Below, piece by piece: positions 59,237 through 64,000 of a stretch of DNA of 64,000 nt. Below the pieces are notes generated by a model that was not told where the DNA came from, searched no databases, and saw only the letters and a list, made by a program, of their open reading frames with translations. The position numbers were made by a program, and so were the translations under genes. The first letter of the stretch is position 1, and every line of letters begins with the position of its first letter. Source of the DNA: Chrysomallon squamiferum (taxonomy: Eukaryota > Animalia > Mollusca); NCBI GenBank assembly GCA_012295275.1, contig CM022672.1, positions 4,712,001 through 4,776,000 of the forward strand. The letters are read 5' to 3'.

Positions 59237-61383
59237 TTTTTGAACTGATCTTCGCCTTTCTCTTTTCGTTCTTTATTTATTTGTTTTCACTACATTTACT
59301 TGCAGCACATGATTCCTCTTTATACATTTCAGTTTAATTATGGCAGGCGCACGCTTTACGTTTCATCGAAACTGACACAAGCAGCCGACGTGCTCAAGTA
59401 CTGTGTGTTTTCTCTTACATATTTCACGCGCCAAACCGGGGGCACCTATGTCATTGTCATCTTTACAGTTATTCCAGTAACACGGTTATTTTTCGAAACA
59501 GCTGATGCGGGTATGTTAAAGTACTACTGAAGTGAACTTGAAATAAAACTGTGGAATTATACAGGCTTACAAGAACGTGCGATCTAAATGAACTGTTAGC
59601 GTGTCTGCATCGGACGATGCAAGTTCGCGTCGTTTTATGGGGTGAAGTACCTATCAATGATAGGGGGCGTTGTGCCTAACAACTCCAAAATGCTTGCGCC
59701 ACCCTGAAGGCACCGGCAATGTTATTGTATTAGAATGAGTATTTGTTATATTTATTATTATTATTATTATCAACATCATCATTATCATCATCATCATTAT
59801 CATTGTTGTTGTTGTTGTTTCCTTGTTTAAAGCTCTCTCTCCTTGTTTCGGTGTTTATCTGTAGTTACGCTCTTTGAATACTTATTTATTGTAATAGAAA
59901 TAATTGTTTAGCGAAAACTTCTATGTGCGTTTTAATCCTTTGTTGTATTTGTTTTAAATATATATGAGAAGTTGTGATTATCTTAAACAGTCTAATTCTA
60001 AAATTTAATAATGATGTTAGAAACATATTCATTAATTATCATGTTTAAAAGCTTTATTTTTGCTTATATTAATCTTTTGTTCATTAGCATATCGATAAAG
60101 AGCATTCGCATATAATTTAAAAGTCCCTGCGTACATACATACGAAAATATATTGATACATGTGTATCTAAATAAATAAATAATTAAATAAAGAAATAAAT
60201 ATACATACACTTAATGTTTATTTGCTGGTTTAGGTCTTAAAATAACATTTTTGAAACGATTTTCTTTTGAAAAATAAATGGTTGTAAAATTGTTAGTTTA
60301 GAAATAAAACTGCTTTAATAAACAAATATTTAACAACACACACTTACGCATTAATTAAATACTTGTTTAACGCATATCTGCATATTTCAAATGTTGCCTT
60401 TTCTACTACTACCCTGTAACCACGATCATCATTTTTTAAAATGATTAATGAAAAGAAGAAAAAAAATGATAATAATAACGATGATGATTATTATGATAAT
60501 AAGAGAAATGATAATAATCATGATAATTATGATAATTTCGAAAAAAAAAAAATATATATATATATATATATAGAGAGAGTTTTCATTAATTATTATAAAA
60601 ATAATATAAATAAAAATAGCAAATAAATGCTAAGGCATCATAAATACTGTAGATAACTAACACATCACAGTATATTACAAGCATGAAAATAAAAAACATA
60701 TTTTTACATAATAAATATAAAGAAATATAAGTTTTAAAATAAATGAATAAATAAACAAAATGTTTAAGAGAACAAATAAACATTAACTAATTGTTACTTG
60801 GTTAATAATATGTACTGTACATACGTGCATCCGACTCAAACGCTTTCTGACAGTAACCACAGATTCGCCAAATTGTCAGTTTCGTAGAGCTGCAAATTTC
60901 TCGTCAAAACCTGCGGCTACAATTTGAAGGAATTCTGAAACCGTATACGGAATTACTAGTCTGTTAAAAAGAACCATTCAATATTTGAGATCGATCCCCA
61001 GTGCCGGTGGGGAAGTGTGTAATCAATGGGTGATAGATCAAGTAACATTTGACAATGAATCCCTATGGTAACCGCCCTATAGACGCAGAAGAATTGACTG
61101 TTTCACATGACGTCACGATATATAGTTAACTTTAACAAGTTAAGTGCCTATTGCTATTTTATTTTCATTTTTTGTTTCTCCCTTTTTAATGAAGCTGTTG
61201 CTGCTGATATTGCTACTGATACTGCTGCTGCTGCTACTATTACTACTACTACTACTGCTTCTGCTGCTACAGCTGCTGCTGTTATTACCACAACAAACAC
61301 ATCCATTTTTAAGAACAAAAAGAAAGTCCAGAAATATTTAAAATATTAAATTGGAAATATTAGAGCCGGTGATTAAACTATAT

Positions 61384-61414
<31 letters not shown>

Positions 61415-61609
61415 TATTTTATTCATATTCATTCATTCATTCATTCAGTTAGTTAGTTAGTTATATTTACTTTATATTAAACTATTTTCATTTTATTTTA
61501 TTTTGTCAGTCATATCAAATTAAAAGAAAAGAATAGGTCGAATTTTAAGTAATATATATATATATTTAATAAAATAAATAAATAAACTAACAAATACACC
61601 GAGAAACAC

Positions 61610-62145
61610 ATAAGAAAAATCATCTAGACTATTTCAACCAAGAGCAGAACAGGACAAAAAAGAAAAAAAAAATCATGAGAAAATAGGAAGGGAAAAGAAA
61701 GAAAAAAGAAAAAAGAAAGAAAGAAAGAAAAAGAAAATATATATACAGAAAAAAAAAATAGAAGGAAATTACAGATAAATAAATAAATGAATAAATAAAT
61801 ATATACAAAAATAAATAACAAGTATGTATATATATATAAAAAAAAAAAAAAAAAAAAAATCAAACACTGAGAGAAAAAAAAAAGATAATAACAAAAGATG
61901 AAGAGAAACGAAAGGAGAACGAAACAAAAAAAAAAGCAGAAAGTAAAAGAAAAAATTATAAAACACGAAAAAAAAAAAAAAAAAAAAGAAAAAACGACTG
62001 AAAAAACAATCCAGAAAAAAAAAAAAAAAAAAAAGAAAAAGACGAAGGACATTTTTTTTTTTTTTTTTTCCCCAACAAATGGAACAAAAAATTATGAGAA
62101 AGTAACATAAAACAAAAAAACACAAAAACAAAAAAAAACAAAACC
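61610..62145. repeat. A-rich low-complexity tract
   Basis: Seen directly; source of the poly-Phe/poly-Lys ORFs. Confidence 0.9.
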
Positions 62146-62534
62146 TAACGACATTTTATAAGTAAAGAATATTCCATCACACGTTCTGACTCAAAAAAAC
62201 TGCCGCGGGGTCCGAAGCTTTAAGGGGAGGCCACACAAGTTCCACTGACACCGCCCCCTTTGGCGCCCGCTCCAAGCCACGTGGCGTCTTCACAGAGCGA
62301 GGCTGAGATAAAAATCAACGACTGAAATTTCTGATATTTTGGGGGTCTTCCTTTTTCGATTAATCTCATACTTTTATAACCGAGTGTGAAATCCCTTTCT
62401 ATATAATTTGTTGGGTTCTTTTGGGGTAAAAAAAAATATAAAAATAAAAAAAAAAAAAAAAAAATAAAATAAAATCTATTTATTTAAAATAATTATTTTA
62501 CTTAATAACATTCATTCGTTCATTAATTTAATTT

Positions 62535-62591
<57 letters not shown>

Positions 62592-64000
62592 TTAATTCAT
62601 TCATTTATTTACTTAGAATTGTATATTTTTATTATGATGAGAAAGATGATGATGATATTATTATTATCATCATCAGGACCATTATTATTATTAGTATCAT
62701 TTGTGTGATTTTTCTATTTTAGTACGGATACACTTAGCAATTTGTTAGCGAAATAATCAAAATGCAAATTTATATGAGTAAAACTGAATACAAAAAGGAT
62801 TGTTGTATGTATGAGTGTATATATATACACATATATAAATGAATATTAGTTATATATATATAAGTTTGTATGTATATACATATGTATTTTTTGTATGTCT
62901 GTACATACAACAAATTAAAAAATAAAATAAAATAAACAAACATATGTAATTTATTTACAAATATTCAGAAGATTTTTATTTTTTTTATTTTTTAAATGTT
63001 CTAACTATAAACGAGCAATCCTCTGCAGAAAATAAAACTAAAAAAAAAAAATAGACTTCAGGCTTTGACTATTTATTTTCGCTGAGGGAGTGGTCTGGCA
63101 ATGCCGACTGCCTGAGGAAATTGTGGATAGAAATTGTCAAAAATTTAATGATGTAAAACAAAATATTATTTTAAGAAATGTAATTAATTGTATAAACTAA
63201 TTTTATGTGTTAAGTTGAAAAGGGGGAAGGAAAACTGGTCATTATTAGAAAAAGTTGAATCCAGCCCACCCTGAATTCCTTCCCCCTCCCCAAAATCGGT
63301 TCCTGAAGTCGCAGCCATCTCCGAACAGGAAACGATGTCAGTGATAAAGCAGAATTATTAATGCAAATAAAAAAAAAAAGTATCAAATTTTCTTTTTCTT
63401 CGGAACTGCAGACGATATTCATCTTTTTCTACGCGAATCAAACGTATTTACAAATAGTTTATTTCAAATCCGTCCGTATTCGATTCATCTGATAAAGGTC
63501 GAAAGACGTACGAACGCACGCACAGACGAATGTGTTTCGTTTAGACAAGACAGCATCGAATCGCGAGCTGTTTATACGGCAGCACGCGTCGCGCACGTGG
63601 GAGCACGCGCTGCAATTCATATTTGCTTGGTCGAAGCCTGTAATTATTTGTCTCCCAGTTTGAAAGAAAGTTATAGCTAAAAAGGACAAAAAAAAAAAAA
63701 AAAAAAAAGGCGTCATTTTTGACAGCGTTCTGAATTTGAAAGTCATCATCTTTAGAGAAATTGCACTAAATTGTGTATTAAAACCTATGTATGGTTTCAC
63801 CAATGACAAGACGCCGAAACGACTCCAACACGTTTTGGTTTTGATATCCTCCTTTTTGTTCGGCTTCTCCCGGAGAACCAATGAGAGATCTCTTAGCGGG
63901 CTTCGCCAATCTCGTTACCCAATAAGAACGTGATGAAAAGACTTTGATTACCAACAACGTTAGCAGGTAGAATAGATTGAATCTTGCAAATCTAATGGCG

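Noticed and set aside
61624-62141. Hydrophobic poly-Phe membrane-protein-like ORFs
   Set aside because: A/T homopolymer low-complexity DNA.

Overview
AT-rich invertebrate (probably lophotrochozoan/molluscan; this is inference) nuclear DNA, dense in microsatellites. Most ORFs in the supplied track are simple-repeat artefacts. Three protein-coding loci are supported. (1) A complete 8-coding-exon mitochondrial ornithine aminotransferase (OAT, + strand, 47069-52811, 436 aa). (2) Head-to-head with it, a 7-coding-exon minus-strand gene (37037-31739, 733 aa) for a PH domain + Pro-rich linker + tandem PDZ-like adaptor resembling PLEKHS1. (3) An unusual CpG-rich minus-strand locus where one splice acceptor (21093) is followed by two long ORFs in tandem (152 aa, then 240 aa, the latter directly behind an A17 tract). 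This is a candidate bicistronic mRNA or split gene, and its second product carries 14-3-3/Akt-type and calcineurin-type motifs. Also present: a 1.8-kb 41-bp satellite, two adjacent TA-flanked Tc1/mariner-type MITEs, a fold-back element, an RTE-LINE 5'-UTR remnant, candidate uORFs in front of all three genes, and a CpG pattern consistent with mosaic gene-body methylation. All calls were made by eye; no database searches were run.
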